Under the pieces are notes generated by a model. It did no database searches, had not been told where the DNA came from, and saw nothing but the letters and a program-made list of their open reading frames with translations. A stretch of DNA of 64,000 bases. Origin: Cyanophora paradoxa CCMP329 (taxonomy: Eukaryota > Plantae > Glaucophyta). Made by a program: the position numbers and the translations under genes. Below, in pieces: positions 32,175 to 42,976 of this stretch (positions are counted from its first letter, which is position 1; the number at the start of each line of letters is the position of its first letter). The stretch covers positions 1-64,000 of the forward strand of contig QPMI01000595.1 in NCBI GenBank assembly GCA_004431415.1. The letters are read 5' to 3'.

Positions 32175-33020
32175 TTATGGGGTTGGGTCATCAATTACAT
32201 CTGGCTCTTGGTAAAACCCTGTAACTGAAAGAGTATCAGGAGTTACACCTCTAAGAGCTGATACAGCGGCTATATCTGTTCTCAAACCGATAAGAGTTAT
32301 AGTATATAACCCAATATCTGTAACAAACAAGTCAAAGGTGAAATTATTATTATAAACACAGTAGCCATAACCGAAATGATTATATCCCTGAACATTGAAA
32401 TAGTATTTATGACCTACTTGATTGTTGTTGGCTCTACAAAGGGAAAGCATTGCAGATGGAATCGCAAGACCTCTCAGTACTCTTTTGGTTCCTTCAATTA
32501 ATTCCGAGTTTTCAAGAGTAACAGTATATCCAATGTAAAATTGAATTAATGGCTGCTGTGCAACAGGAGTATATAATCGAATTCGTTGGGGGTCTTCCAC
32601 ATTTTGCTCTAGAGTATCTGGGACATCATTATACGAAATGGAGGATGAGAGTTGACCTGACACTCTGCAACCTCCCCCAATAAATGCTCCTCCTGATCTC
32701 ACAGTAACAGCAGCAGTATTCTTGTCGAAATCTAGGGCTTTCAGGGCAACACTGTAAGCATCAGGACCTCCATTTGTAGGCTGGAAGAAGTTAGCATTGG
32801 TGACAAGAAGTCGAGTTGTTTTAACCACACCAGAATTCTTATCAGCTCTCAGCTCTTTTACTCGAATAATCGAATTTTTATCAAAGGAGTTACCATTGGA
32901 ATTGGGTCTCTCTGTGGATTCTAAACCACGAACCTCATCATTTACTTCATGCTGGCGAAAATGCATTGCAGGGGATCCAAGGGAATATATAGGCAGTTGA
33001 ACTCGATTATATTCACCCAT
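32175..33020 (-). CDS. Putative fibre/structural protein, shared N-terminal domain family
   Basis: Orthologue of 14591-15445; start MGEYN at 33020. Confidence 0.78.
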   Translation of the reverse strand: MGEYNRVQLPIYSLGSPAMHFRQHEVNDEVRGLESTERPNSNGNSFDKNSIIRVKELRADKNSGVVKTTRLLVTNANFFQPTNGGPDAYSVALKALDFDKNTAAVTVRSGGAFIGGGCRVSGQLSSSISYNDVPDTLEQNVEDPQRIRLYTPVAQQPLIQFYIGYTVTLENSELIEGTKRVLRGLAIPSAMLSLCRANNNQVGHKYYFNVQGYNHFGYGYCVYNNNFTFDLFVTDIGLYTITLIGLRTDIAAVSALRGVTPDTLSVTGFYQEPDVIDDPTP

Positions 33021-33069
33021 TGCTTCTTTTACTAAGAAGGAAAGAAAAATAATGCGAAATATGCATTTA

Positions 33070-36000
33070 TTATGGGATTCCATATGCTGTCCAATGGATT
33101 GTGCAAGTAATACTTCGACTTTCAGATAGAGTAGGGGATGCTATGAATGTCACATAAATTGTTGTATAGGTAGATGTGGAGTTTGAGATTCCAATTCTAA
33201 AATCTACATCCCCAGGGTTTGTTGCAGGAGTTCCTTCAAGTGTGGCAGTTACAACAGGTGTCTTAGTGTAAAAAGCAGGATCCCAATTCAAAACCTGTGC
33301 ATGCTGTGTTCTCTGACCTGCGCTTATAACACCACTTGTAGCCTGATATTTGCCTGATTTAAACCGCCTTTCCATATCATGCCATGAGGGGACTTGGCTA
33401 ATTGTGTTGGTGGTTCCTGCATTCATTGCATAAAATGCCCTTGCATAAGCATTTCCTCTGCAGAGCAAGGTTTTATCATAGAAGTTTGCTGAATTGTGGA
33501 AGAACCAAGTTTCCTCATTTGTAGGCGATGCAGGGGCTACTATTTGACCTGATCCTACATACATAGTATTATTTGCAGTGATTGTATTGGCTGTGAATGG
33601 GTCTAAACTTGGGAGATCTGTGATTTCTGATTTAGTATGAGTATGGGCGAAATCTGTAATATTTGCCTTTGTGTGAGTATGGGCAAAGTCGGTGATATCT
33701 GATTTAGTGTGAGAGTGAGGTCCGACAGTTGTAGAAGCTGTTGGTTTCCCATAAATGTTATCCCAATGCAAGAAGCCGCTATGTGAGGATACAGTGGGGT
33801 TCTTGCTCCAACCTACAAGACCCACAAGATAAATCCTTCCTATTCGCCCTTGAACACCCACTTTACTCAGCCCTTCACAATTCACTCCGACATATTGCCT
33901 ATACTCTACACTTGGGTCACTACCAGGAGAATAAGCATTTACTCTCGAAAGTGTATAAGAATTCGTTGATGGATAAACTCCCACAACATCGAAGTATCTG
34001 CTATTATATTGACACACATAGAAGATATAGCATGTTTTCATTCCCGCAGGGACAGTCCATAACATCTTGTAGCCACTACAATCTTCATCACCAGAAGCCC
34101 ATGTGTTTGCTCCTGAGTAAGGAGATATAAATGTGAAAAATCTCCAATCGCCTGTGCGATCTGTTGAAAGACCATTTGTGGCATCAAAGTTGATGGGGGA
34201 TGTGTATGTTGGTTTATTTATCAGATCATCGTAATTTCCTGTCGTTGCAACAGTTGCAAGATTAGGTCTATCTGTGATATTTGACCAAGCATGAGTATGG
34301 GTTGCAGGAGGGAATGTTAAAGGTTTATCTGTGATATTGTTCCATGCATGACTGTGAGTTTGAAGTGCAACACCCAATTCGGTTTCATCTATATAATTTT
34401 TGCTTTGCAGGTAATCGTCTGTGACCACACCTGAAAGGGTCTCGTTGTGCAGGTTTTTAGCCGCCATTCTCTGATTGGCTTCAATAGCCCCACCTGATAG
34501 CGTTTTAATCCAAGCGATCTCAGCTTTACTGTAATTATCAGTTGGTTGCCCAACAAGTGGAATATAATTGAGTTTATCCCGAGTGAAAACTATCTTAGGT
34601 CTTGATCCATCCAAGCTGCTTACATCTGTCACATTCACATGGACAGCTGCTGAGAAGTCTTGATAACCCGCAGGATTGGAGGGAACACCGAACCCATCCT
34701 TTGGAATATCGTTTTTGTAATAGCTTGTTACATAGATATTCGGGAAAGTGTCACCCGGGTTAACATTGGCTATATCTTGCACTCGGAATTGAGGCAAGCT
34801 TCGGACAAATAGAGGTCCTGTCATTGCACTGCCCGCATCAGCCCCTTTGAGGTGAACATAATGCTCATTCAAAATAGTTCTTTCCGCAATATTGCAGGAT
34901 TTATAAAGGGAAACCCCCATATTCACAGGTTCGACCTTTGAGAATTCAGGTTGGTTATTGATCTCATCCCATGTATGCTCATGGGTTGCAGGTGGGAATA
35001 TTGAAGGTCTATCTGTGATATTCGACCAAGCATGAGTGTGGTTTTGTATCCATCCCTGCACCACATTGGATGTTGTGTAGTTTGGAATGGTAGCATTTGA
35101 ACTTACTATTAAGTTTCTAATATGAACAAAGTCCGAAGAAATGCGTAGATTCTCAGGATAATAGAGAGATTGAGTTTTTGGGAAGCCATAATAATCCTGA
35201 ATATAGTATCTCACCCTTTGCTTCTCTTCAAACGTTAATGCTCTATTGAAAATGATGTATTCGGCTATATCACCTATGAAATAGTTAACACCCATCCTAC
35301 TGAAAGTTGAAGGTGGAAGGTAATTTGTTCCTGTAAAGGTTCCTACATCTTGTCCTCTGATTCCAAAGGTTATGCTGTTTGAAGTTATGGTGGTGTCCCA
35401 ATAATTAGCTGAATGGGAAGCATAATTGGTGTTCACTCGTGGGGCTGTGTAACCCACTCCATTACTTGTGAATGAATACAAACCAAATGATAATGACGAT
35501 CCATACCCAAACTCTATTTTATGGGTTCCATCAGGAGAACCAAAATCTAAATGAACTGTTTGCCAATTTGGTGCAGAGTAGTGACTACCTACATAGAACA
35601 GTGTCATGCCCTCTGACCAATCAACGGATACATTATAGTTAATGAATGCCGACGCAGTATATCCACCTGACTTTCTTACTACTTTTTGGTTGTTGAATGA
35701 AGGATTTGCTACGACAGCACCACTGCTCCCGAAAAATGGGAATGTTATCCCTGAAATAAACGGAACAGCTGATGTTGCCCTATTGGGGATGAACTGTGAC
35801 TGAGGATTTGTATTAACAGGAAGCCCATCCATTCTCATTGTTAAAAGGCATTTCGGTGTGGTTTTGGAAGGGTCAGTGTTGGAAGTAACAGGATAGTATG
35901 GTGTGTCATAAAAGACGTCAATGTTTGTATTTTTGTCTCCAACTTGAATTTTTCCCTTGACATTCAGGTTGGACGAAATTGTAAGATTTGAGGAAATTGT

Positions 36001-39000
36001 TCCTCCTGTGAGAGGCAGGTAATCGTGAGTATGAGGAGAAGATGGGAAAGTTGCGGGTTTGTCTGTGATGTCCGCCCATAAATGTGAATGGGCAAAATCT
36101 GTGATCTGATCTTTGGTGTGAGTATGCGCAAAGTCTGTTATTTGGTCTTTTGTGTGAGTATGGGCAAAATCTGTGATCTGATCTTTGGTGTGAGTATGCG
36201 CGAAATCTGTGATCTGATCTTTTGTGTGAGTATGCGCAAAATCTGTGATCTGATCTTTTGTGTGAGTATGCGCAAAGTCTGTTATTTGGTCTTTTGTGTG
36301 AGTATGGGCAAAATCTGTGATCTGATCTTTTGTGTGAGTATGCGCAAAGTCTGTTATTTGGTCTTTTGTGTGAGTATGGGCAAAATCTGTGATCTGATCT
36401 TTGGTGTGAGTATGTGTATCATCTACATAATTTTTGCTTTCAAGGTAATCATCTGTGACTACACCTGAAAGGGTCTCATTGTGTAAGTTTTTCGCCGCCA
36501 TTCTCTGATTGACTTCTAAGGCGCCACCTGCTAATGTTTTGATCCACGCCATCTCACATTTCCCGAAATCATCTTTTGGTTGTCCTGCAAGAGGTGCGTA
36601 ATTAATTTTTGAACGGCTAAATATTATTTTGGGTCTTGATCCATCAGTTGCGCTTACATCTGTAACGTTTACTTGTAAAATGGCGTCTTTATCATCATAA
36701 CTCACAGGATCTAATGGAAGTGGTGGTAAACCTGCTGTTAATGGAATATCATCATTATAATAACTTGTCAAAAACAGACCTGGTTTGGTATCTATAACCC
36801 CCACCCCACCTGCTGAAACCATTTGAGATCTTGAAGGTTGTTTAATATATAATTCGCCATCCATTGTGGTGCCTGCTTCAATTCCTTTACGGTGTAAGTA
36901 GTATTCACTTAATTGTAATCTTTCAGGAATGGTGTCACTCTGATAGAAACTAACCCCATAAAATCCATCACCATTTACTAAATCACCTGTTGATGCAAAA
37001 CGTGGTTTTTCATCTATTTCGTTCCATGGATGTCTGTGGTTAGAGTTTGTGATCTCGGAATAATCATGAGTGTGTGTAGTTGGTGGGAAGGTTAAAGGAC
37101 GATTTGTGATATGCTCCCATAAATGAGTATGGGCAAAATCTATAATCTCTGATTTAGTGTGAGTATGATTACTATTCGTTATTTGTGAATAATCATGAGT
37201 GTGTGTAGTTGGTGGGAAGGTTAAAGGTTTATCTGTTATATGCTCCCATAAATGATTGTGTGCAAAATCTATAATTTGCGCTTTTGTGTGTGTGTGGTTT
37301 TGTATCCAACCTTGAACCACATTCGATGTAGTATAATTCGGAATAACAGCATTTGAAGAAACGATAAGATTTCGAATATGGACAAATTCAGCGGAGATTC
37401 GGAGATTATCAGGATAATAAAGCGATTGCGTTTTCGGGAAGCCATACCTATCTTGAATATAGAATCTCACTTTTTGCTTCTCCTCAAACGACAAGGCTCT
37501 GTTGAAAACGATGTATTCGGCTACATCACCTATGAAATAATCGACTCCCATTCGATTGAAAGTGGAAGGGGGAAGGTAATTTGTTCCTGTAAATGTTCCT
37601 ACATCTTGACCACGAATGCCGAAAGTTATTGCATCAGAAGTGATTGTGGTATCCCAATAATTGGCTGAATATGATCCATAATTTGTATTCACTCGTGGAA
37701 CTGGGTAACTCACCCCATTACTCGTAAATGAATACAAGCCAAATGATAAAGATGACCCATACCCAAATGCTATTTTATGGGTTCCATCAGGAGAACCAAA
37801 ATCTAAATGAATTGTTTGCCAATTTGTTGCGGAATAGTGATTACCCACATAAAAAAGTGTCATTCCTTCCGACCAATCCACAGTAACAGAGTAGTTTATA
37901 TATGGTTGAAAAGTATATCCACCTGACTTTCTTACTACTTTTTGGTTGTTGAACGAAGGGTTTGCTACGACTGTTCCACTGCTCCCCCAAAATGGGAATG
38001 TTATCCCTGAAAGGAACGGAACAGCTGATGTTGCCCTATTTGCGATAAACTGATTATAGGGGTTGGTATTAACAGGTAACCCATCCGGTCTGATAGTTAA
38101 TAGACATTTCGGAATGGTTGTAGCAGGGTCAGTGTTGGAATTAATTGGGTAGTAGGGTGTGTCATATGTCACATTCAATAGAGTTCCATAGGTTCCTAAT
38201 TCGAAGTTGCTGGATACTTTCAGACTGCCTGCAATGGTGACATTATTACTTGTATAAATGTTACTTGTGTAAAGGTTGCTTGTGTAAATATTACTATTAA
38301 CTGTCAGGTTTCCTGTGATTGTCCCACCCACCAGAGGAAGATACTTGGATAATTCGGCTGCAAGTTCATTTTTAGTTACATAATTTGCGAGCATAGCAAG
38401 GGTGACTATATTCACAAGAACAACAGCAGTAAGGTAATCCTCTGTGACTACTCTCGAAATGCTCTCATTGTGTATGTTTTTTGCTGCCATCCTCTGATTG
38501 GCTTCCAGAACCCCACCATAATCTGTTTTAATCCATGCAAGCTCTGCCCTTCCATAATTATCATTTGCAGTTCCCACTATGGGAATGTAGGAATACTTAT
38601 CTCGACTGAATACTATCATTGGTCTTGATCCATCCAGACTGCTCACATCTGCAACATGAACCTGTATAGCAGAGTTGTAATTTTGGTAGGTTGCTGGGTC
38701 TGTTGGGACTCTGAATGTATCTGTGGGAATGTCAGCCTCCATGTAGCTTGACACAAAGATATTTGGTATGGTTGCTCCTGGTTCAGGTGGTGGATTATAA
38801 GAGCCTGGTAATGTCCTAATATGAAGTGGTCCTCTCATAGCTGAATTCGCAAGTGTCCCATTCACATGAACATAGTGTTCATTCAAAAAGATCCTTTCAG
38901 GGACATTGCAAGTCTGGTAAAGAGAAACCCCTAGGGTTGCCAAAGGCTCCACTTTTGCAAACTCTGGTTGGTCATTAATCTCATCCCAAATATGTTCATG

Positions 39001-40425
39001 TTTGCTTGGTGGAAATTCTTCCGGTATTCCGTCGATATCTTCCCAATCATGCCTATGGTCTTCTGGTGGAAACTTTTCAGGTTTGCCTAAGATCTCATCC
39101 CAATCATGGTTGTGATCCTCTGGGGGAAACTTTGCTGGTTTATTATTAATTTGTTCATAATCTGGAAAGAATTCCCAAATCTCTGGGCGAAATCCATCAG
39201 GTAATAATTCTTCATGGGGTTCATATGGTTGCTCATAATCAACAGCTGGTGGATCATGACCATCTGGTAAATACTCCTCATCAGGTTCATAGTTCTGCTC
39301 ATACTCAAACTCTTGTGGATCTAAGCCATCTGGTAGTATCTCCTCCTCATTGGGGTCAAACTGATCATACTCATATTCCTGTGGGTCAAAACCATCTGGT
39401 AAATACTCTTCCTCATCTGGAACGAATTGATATTCATCAAGCTCTAATATATCGACTTCAGGAGGTAAATACTGCTCATCTATTTGCTTTCTGGGTTCAA
39501 TTATAGGTTTATTGCGAACTTGCTCCCAACTCACAATATGCTGCCCAAAGGCTACATCTTCAGTTGCTGTGTACTCTCTGCCTGGTTGCTTTTTCGGTGT
39601 TAAATCCGGTGGATCCCATGGAAGAGGGAAGGGAACTGGGACAGGTCCATAATACTCAAAGATCTCTCTTATGGTCTTCTCACTTACAAGCTTCTCACCA
39701 TTTGCATACACATTGCTGCCATGGATATTTCGCCATTGCCTGGTTCGAATTCCAAGGTCTTTCACATTGCTATACAAAGGCAAAAGGTGCCTATCCATTT
39801 CGACTAAATCAGGATGTAAATGGATTGCTACTGGCTGACTGGGGCTACTGTTGATTGTAATTGATGGCTTTTTTTGATGGACATCTTTTGGAGTAAAGAA
39901 CCCAAAAGGCTCATTCCTCGCAAAATCATATGTAATATCCTTGGGGTAGACATCATTTGTGTAGGAAACCTGATTTGTATTGGCAATGGGACCCACTTGC
40001 AATACTTGGGGGACCTCAGCTTTTGCAGTGCTGCCCTCATTGTAAATTCGCAAAGCTGTGTTCTGTTTGCCCTGCTCATCTTGAACATTGAAAATCAATC
40101 GACCACTATCGAACCTGGAAGGTATATCTGGGTGAGTGCCACTGGTTTTTAGTTTCCTAGGTCTCCTTCTTGTTGCTTTGATCTCTGCCACTTGGTTTGC
40201 TTTCACATTACCCAAGCTAAAAGCAACACTAACTTCCTCCTTATCTGGATCGGTTTGATTCACAGATAAAGCATGCTCCCTTGATTGAGTCTTGGATGAA
40301 TTATCGGAACTGTGGTCAATCGAAACTGAACCCTTTACTTTAATATTATCAAAGTTCACATGCTTGGTGCTGCTTGCATTATCATCTTGAATGGTTTCTA
40401 GATTTGGTGGGTAATTGAAGCTCAT
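33070..40425 (-). CDS. Giant modular fibre-like protein (2451 aa) with acidic repeats, HxH tail-fibre repeats, two LamG/ConA-like domains and a C-terminal lectin-like head
   Basis: 10x HTHTKDQITDFA (33-nt period, ~36090-36420); duplicated FIGD.AEYI.FNRAL..EEKQ.VR.YIQD.YG; triplicated ...AAKN.HNE..S.VVT.DYL module. Confidence 0.82.
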   Translation of the reverse strand: MSFNYPPNLETIQDDNASSTKHVNFDNIKVKGSVSIDHSSDNSSKTQSREHALSVNQTDPDKEEVSVAFSLGNVKANQVAEIKATRRRPRKLKTSGTHPDIPSRFDSGRLIFNVQDEQGKQNTALRIYNEGSTAKAEVPQVLQVGPIANTNQVSYTNDVYPKDITYDFARNEPFGFFTPKDVHQKKPSITINSSPSQPVAIHLHPDLVEMDRHLLPLYSNVKDLGIRTRQWRNIHGSNVYANGEKLVSEKTIREIFEYYGPVPVPFPLPWDPPDLTPKKQPGREYTATEDVAFGQHIVSWEQVRNKPIIEPRKQIDEQYLPPEVDILELDEYQFVPDEEEYLPDGFDPQEYEYDQFDPNEEEILPDGLDPQEFEYEQNYEPDEEYLPDGHDPPAVDYEQPYEPHEELLPDGFRPEIWEFFPDYEQINNKPAKFPPEDHNHDWDEILGKPEKFPPEDHRHDWEDIDGIPEEFPPSKHEHIWDEINDQPEFAKVEPLATLGVSLYQTCNVPERIFLNEHYVHVNGTLANSAMRGPLHIRTLPGSYNPPPEPGATIPNIFVSSYMEADIPTDTFRVPTDPATYQNYNSAIQVHVADVSSLDGSRPMIVFSRDKYSYIPIVGTANDNYGRAELAWIKTDYGGVLEANQRMAAKNIHNESISRVVTEDYLTAVVLVNIVTLAMLANYVTKNELAAELSKYLPLVGGTITGNLTVNSNIYTSNLYTSNIYTSNNVTIAGSLKVSSNFELGTYGTLLNVTYDTPYYPINSNTDPATTIPKCLLTIRPDGLPVNTNPYNQFIANRATSAVPFLSGITFPFWGSSGTVVANPSFNNQKVVRKSGGYTFQPYINYSVTVDWSEGMTLFYVGNHYSATNWQTIHLDFGSPDGTHKIAFGYGSSLSFGLYSFTSNGVSYPVPRVNTNYGSYSANYWDTTITSDAITFGIRGQDVGTFTGTNYLPPSTFNRMGVDYFIGDVAEYIVFNRALSFEEKQKVRFYIQDRYGFPKTQSLYYPDNLRISAEFVHIRNLIVSSNAVIPNYTTSNVVQGWIQNHTHTKAQIIDFAHNHLWEHITDKPLTFPPTTHTHDYSQITNSNHTHTKSEIIDFAHTHLWEHITNRPLTFPPTTHTHDYSEITNSNHRHPWNEIDEKPRFASTGDLVNGDGFYGVSFYQSDTIPERLQLSEYYLHRKGIEAGTTMDGELYIKQPSRSQMVSAGGVGVIDTKPGLFLTSYYNDDIPLTAGLPPLPLDPVSYDDKDAILQVNVTDVSATDGSRPKIIFSRSKINYAPLAGQPKDDFGKCEMAWIKTLAGGALEVNQRMAAKNLHNETLSGVVTDDYLESKNYVDDTHTHTKDQITDFAHTHTKDQITDFAHTHTKDQITDFAHTHTKDQITDFAHTHTKDQITDFAHTHTKDQITDFAHTHTKDQITDFAHTHTKDQITDFAHTHTKDQITDFAHSHLWADITDKPATFPSSPHTHDYLPLTGGTISSNLTISSNLNVKGKIQVGDKNTNIDVFYDTPYYPVTSNTDPSKTTPKCLLTMRMDGLPVNTNPQSQFIPNRATSAVPFISGITFPFFGSSGAVVANPSFNNQKVVRKSGGYTASAFINYNVSVDWSEGMTLFYVGSHYSAPNWQTVHLDFGSPDGTHKIEFGYGSSLSFGLYSFTSNGVGYTAPRVNTNYASHSANYWDTTITSNSITFGIRGQDVGTFTGTNYLPPSTFSRMGVNYFIGDIAEYIIFNRALTFEEKQRVRYYIQDYYGFPKTQSLYYPENLRISSDFVHIRNLIVSSNATIPNYTTSNVVQGWIQNHTHAWSNITDRPSIFPPATHEHTWDEINNQPEFSKVEPVNMGVSLYKSCNIAERTILNEHYVHLKGADAGSAMTGPLFVRSLPQFRVQDIANVNPGDTFPNIYVTSYYKNDIPKDGFGVPSNPAGYQDFSAAVHVNVTDVSSLDGSRPKIVFTRDKLNYIPLVGQPTDNYSKAEIAWIKTLSGGAIEANQRMAAKNLHNETLSGVVTDDYLQSKNYIDETELGVALQTHSHAWNNITDKPLTFPPATHTHAWSNITDRPNLATVATTGNYDDLINKPTYTSPINFDATNGLSTDRTGDWRFFTFISPYSGANTWASGDEDCSGYKMLWTVPAGMKTCYIFYVCQYNSRYFDVVGVYPSTNSYTLSRVNAYSPGSDPSVEYRQYVGVNCEGLSKVGVQGRIGRIYLVGLVGWSKNPTVSSHSGFLHWDNIYGKPTASTTVGPHSHTKSDITDFAHTHTKANITDFAHTHTKSEITDLPSLDPFTANTITANNTMYVGSGQIVAPASPTNEETWFFHNSANFYDKTLLCRGNAYARAFYAMNAGTTNTISQVPSWHDMERRFKSGKYQATSGVISAGQRTQHAQVLNWDPAFYTKTPVVTATLEGTPATNPGDVDFRIGISNSTSTYTTIYVTFIASPTLSESRSITCTIHWTAYGIP

Positions 40426-40468
40426 GGCTTTTACTATATGGATTTATAAAATTCCTGATAAGTAAAAG

Positions 40469-42025
40469 ATGCCCTTGAAAATCTGCCTGTCTTTATCAGG
40501 GGGAGGTGCAAGGGGCATTATCATAACCAGGCTGCTCAAAGAAATCGAAAATCGAACTGGCAGGAGAATAATCGATCTTGTGGATCTTGTAAGTGGAACT
40601 TCCACTGGTGGGATCATTGCAATAGGTTTGAATATAAGGCATCCTGATAAACCAGGTGAACCTAAACTGACAGCAAACGATTTACACAATATTTACCTAA
40701 CTCAACTGCCCTTGATTTTCGCAAATCCTCGAAATATCATCGAAAATGCCCTATTTAACACAAAGTATGATGTGGGACCCTTGGAAACTGCAATCAATTC
40801 AGTTACTGGTGAATCACTAATACAGGATTCCTTAAAGGACATTGTGATTACATCCTTTGATACTCAGAATATGAAACCAATATTTATCACAAATGACAAC
40901 AATTACAACTTTATGCCTTGTAAGATTGCTGCTAGGGCTACTTCTGCTGCTCCTACATATTTCTCTCCTGTAAGCATTGTTGATTTCAATCAGGGGGTAT
41001 TTGTCTGTCTCATTGATGGTGCCATTTCGGGAAACAATAATCCCAGTGTGTGTGGTTACAGCCATGCAAAGAAGATTTACAGTGATGATGATGATATTAT
41101 AGTAATAAGCATCTCTTGTGGTGAGGTGGACCCACATTTAGAGTCTGATTATGTGGGTTATGCTTATGAGACTGTAAACAGCTGGGGAATTCTCTCATGG
41201 ATTGCCTCAACAGATGGAAGCCCATTGATTAACATGCTCATGGCTGCAAGTGAGCTTTCTGCCCTTGATAAGATGGAGGAGTTGTTACCCTACAACTATG
41301 ATCAGGATTATGGGAGATACTATAGGCTATCAGTCCCACTTCCAAATCACATAGTAAGCTCCCTTGATGACACTTCTAAAATCCCAGATATGCTAGCATT
41401 CACTGAAACATACATTGCAGCAAACAATGATATGATTAATAAGCTTTGCAGCCTACTAGTAGCAAACTATGAACTAAAGAACCCTACAAAGGCTTACATC
41501 TCATCCACTCTCACTACATCACCTCCTTTGGATGCTAATTGGTATCAGCTTGCAGATGATGCCTTTACTGCCTCATCCTCTGTGACAGGTAAAGAGCCTT
41601 TCATGGCTAGACCTTCAGCATTTGGCTGGGAAGCTGGAGCCTATGCTCCTGAACAGATATGGGAAACCCCCACTGAATACCTTCAAGTTGCTTTCCCGTA
41701 TACTTTTGAACTCTCTTCTGTGATTGCCTATGGATCAGGGGACACCAATGCTTTTATTAAGACTTTCAATGTGGCAACATCCACTGATGGGATCAACTGG
41801 TCTTTTATTCGATCAGATGGGCAAAACAAAATATATGTCTGTGAGAACATTAACAATGCTCACAACTCTGGTGATGTGGCTCTATTGAGTGGATTTCCTC
41901 TCAGCATCAAGGATGCTTTTTACATAGGTTTCTCTCTCAGAATTAAATATATTCGCATTTATCCCCTTGTGTATGTGAATGCTCCCACAATGAGAGTTGA
42001 TTTCACAGGTGCCTTTATTCGATAA
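40469..42025 (+). CDS. Patatin-like phospholipase with C-terminal discoidin (FA58C) domain
   Basis: GGGARG, GTSTG and DGA catalytic motifs; discoidin signature in the last ~170 aa. Confidence 0.92.
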   Translation: MPLKICLSLSGGGARGIIITRLLKEIENRTGRRIIDLVDLVSGTSTGGIIAIGLNIRHPDKPGEPKLTANDLHNIYLTQLPLIFANPRNIIENALFNTKYDVGPLETAINSVTGESLIQDSLKDIVITSFDTQNMKPIFITNDNNYNFMPCKIAARATSAAPTYFSPVSIVDFNQGVFVCLIDGAISGNNNPSVCGYSHAKKIYSDDDDIIVISISCGEVDPHLESDYVGYAYETVNSWGILSWIASTDGSPLINMLMAASELSALDKMEELLPYNYDQDYGRYYRLSVPLPNHIVSSLDDTSKIPDMLAFTETYIAANNDMINKLCSLLVANYELKNPTKAYISSTLTTSPPLDANWYQLADDAFTASSSVTGKEPFMARPSAFGWEAGAYAPEQIWETPTEYLQVAFPYTFELSSVIAYGSGDTNAFIKTFNVATSTDGINWSFIRSDGQNKIYVCENINNAHNSGDVALLSGFPLSIKDAFYIGFSLRIKYIRIYPLVYVNAPTMRVDFTGAFIR

Positions 42026-42947
42026 ACTCCAACTGAAAAGAATTATCGATTCCATTCATATCAATCAGTTCACCAAAGTAATCTTTAAACTCAACTGTGA
42101 GTTCCCTTATCACCAGGTTTCTGTCATTGATTTGAATAAATTCTGCATGTTCACCACTATGGTAAACATAGCCACCTATATCTTTACTCAATTGTAATCT
42201 AAGGATAGCTCCCTGGTTTTGTGGTTGCGATTTCGGAATTATATTGTGTCTGCTGGCAAAGGGGGCTAGCTCTTTAATATGCATGTATAGATACTGCTCA
42301 GCATTCATATCAGACATCTTTCTGCTGTCAAAATAATATTGCAAGGGCTTAGATGAGAGTCTGGGTCCTGAAAAGGTGGTTCCCCATGCTGGGTGATCAG
42401 GTGTAATAGGTTTGCCATCATACTTTAACAGGTTCTCAGGTCGATAGGGTGATCCACCAACAGGAGGAGTGCTATAATACCCATTGGTGTATTCAGTAGA
42501 ACTTACACCCAAAAGCTTCCCTATTCTCTGGTTGCTTGCAATAAAACGAAACTCATGGTTACTGTAAAACTCCACTTTATAGGTAGTTGGGTTATAGAAT
42601 ATCTTGAACTCAAAAGCTACTGTTTTGCCTGCAATGGTTTGGAAGCTTGAATAGTTCAGCCCATAATTATAAGGGTGTGTTACCCCAAAATGACCCTGAT
42701 TGATGTAGCCACTGGGAAGGGGATACACTTGTTGTGTGATCACTTGGTTATATGAACCATCTTGGTAGTTAAAATCAACTGTTAAATGATCAGTTCCCAC
42801 ACTGTTATAGATACTGTTTGGAATCTCTGCATATAGAACCCTGCATTCTCTTGGTCTCTCTACTGGAGTTGTGAGGGTGACCCTGTAAGAGTTTTCATTT
42901 TGTCCTTGGCTTCTATCCCTGCTATCAATATTAACGAGCCGGTTCAT
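42015..42947 (-). CDS. Minor capsid (penton)-like protein 1
   Basis: LVNIDSRDR...YAEIPNSIYN...YLYMHIKEL...ELTVEFKDYFGELIDMNGIDNSFQLEF. Confidence 0.8.
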   Translation of the reverse strand: MNRLVNIDSRDRSQGQNENSYRVTLTTPVERPRECRVLYAEIPNSIYNSVGTDHLTVDFNYQDGSYNQVITQQVYPLPSGYINQGHFGVTHPYNYGLNYSSFQTIAGKTVAFEFKIFYNPTTYKVEFYSNHEFRFIASNQRIGKLLGVSSTEYTNGYYSTPPVGGSPYRPENLLKYDGKPITPDHPAWGTTFSGPRLSSKPLQYYFDSRKMSDMNAEQYLYMHIKELAPFASRHNIIPKSQPQNQGAILRLQLSKDIGGYVYHSGEHAEFIQINDRNLVIRELTVEFKDYFGELIDMNGIDNSFQLEFIE

Positions 42948-42976
42948 TTTAATATATAAATATAGATAAAAGAAGA

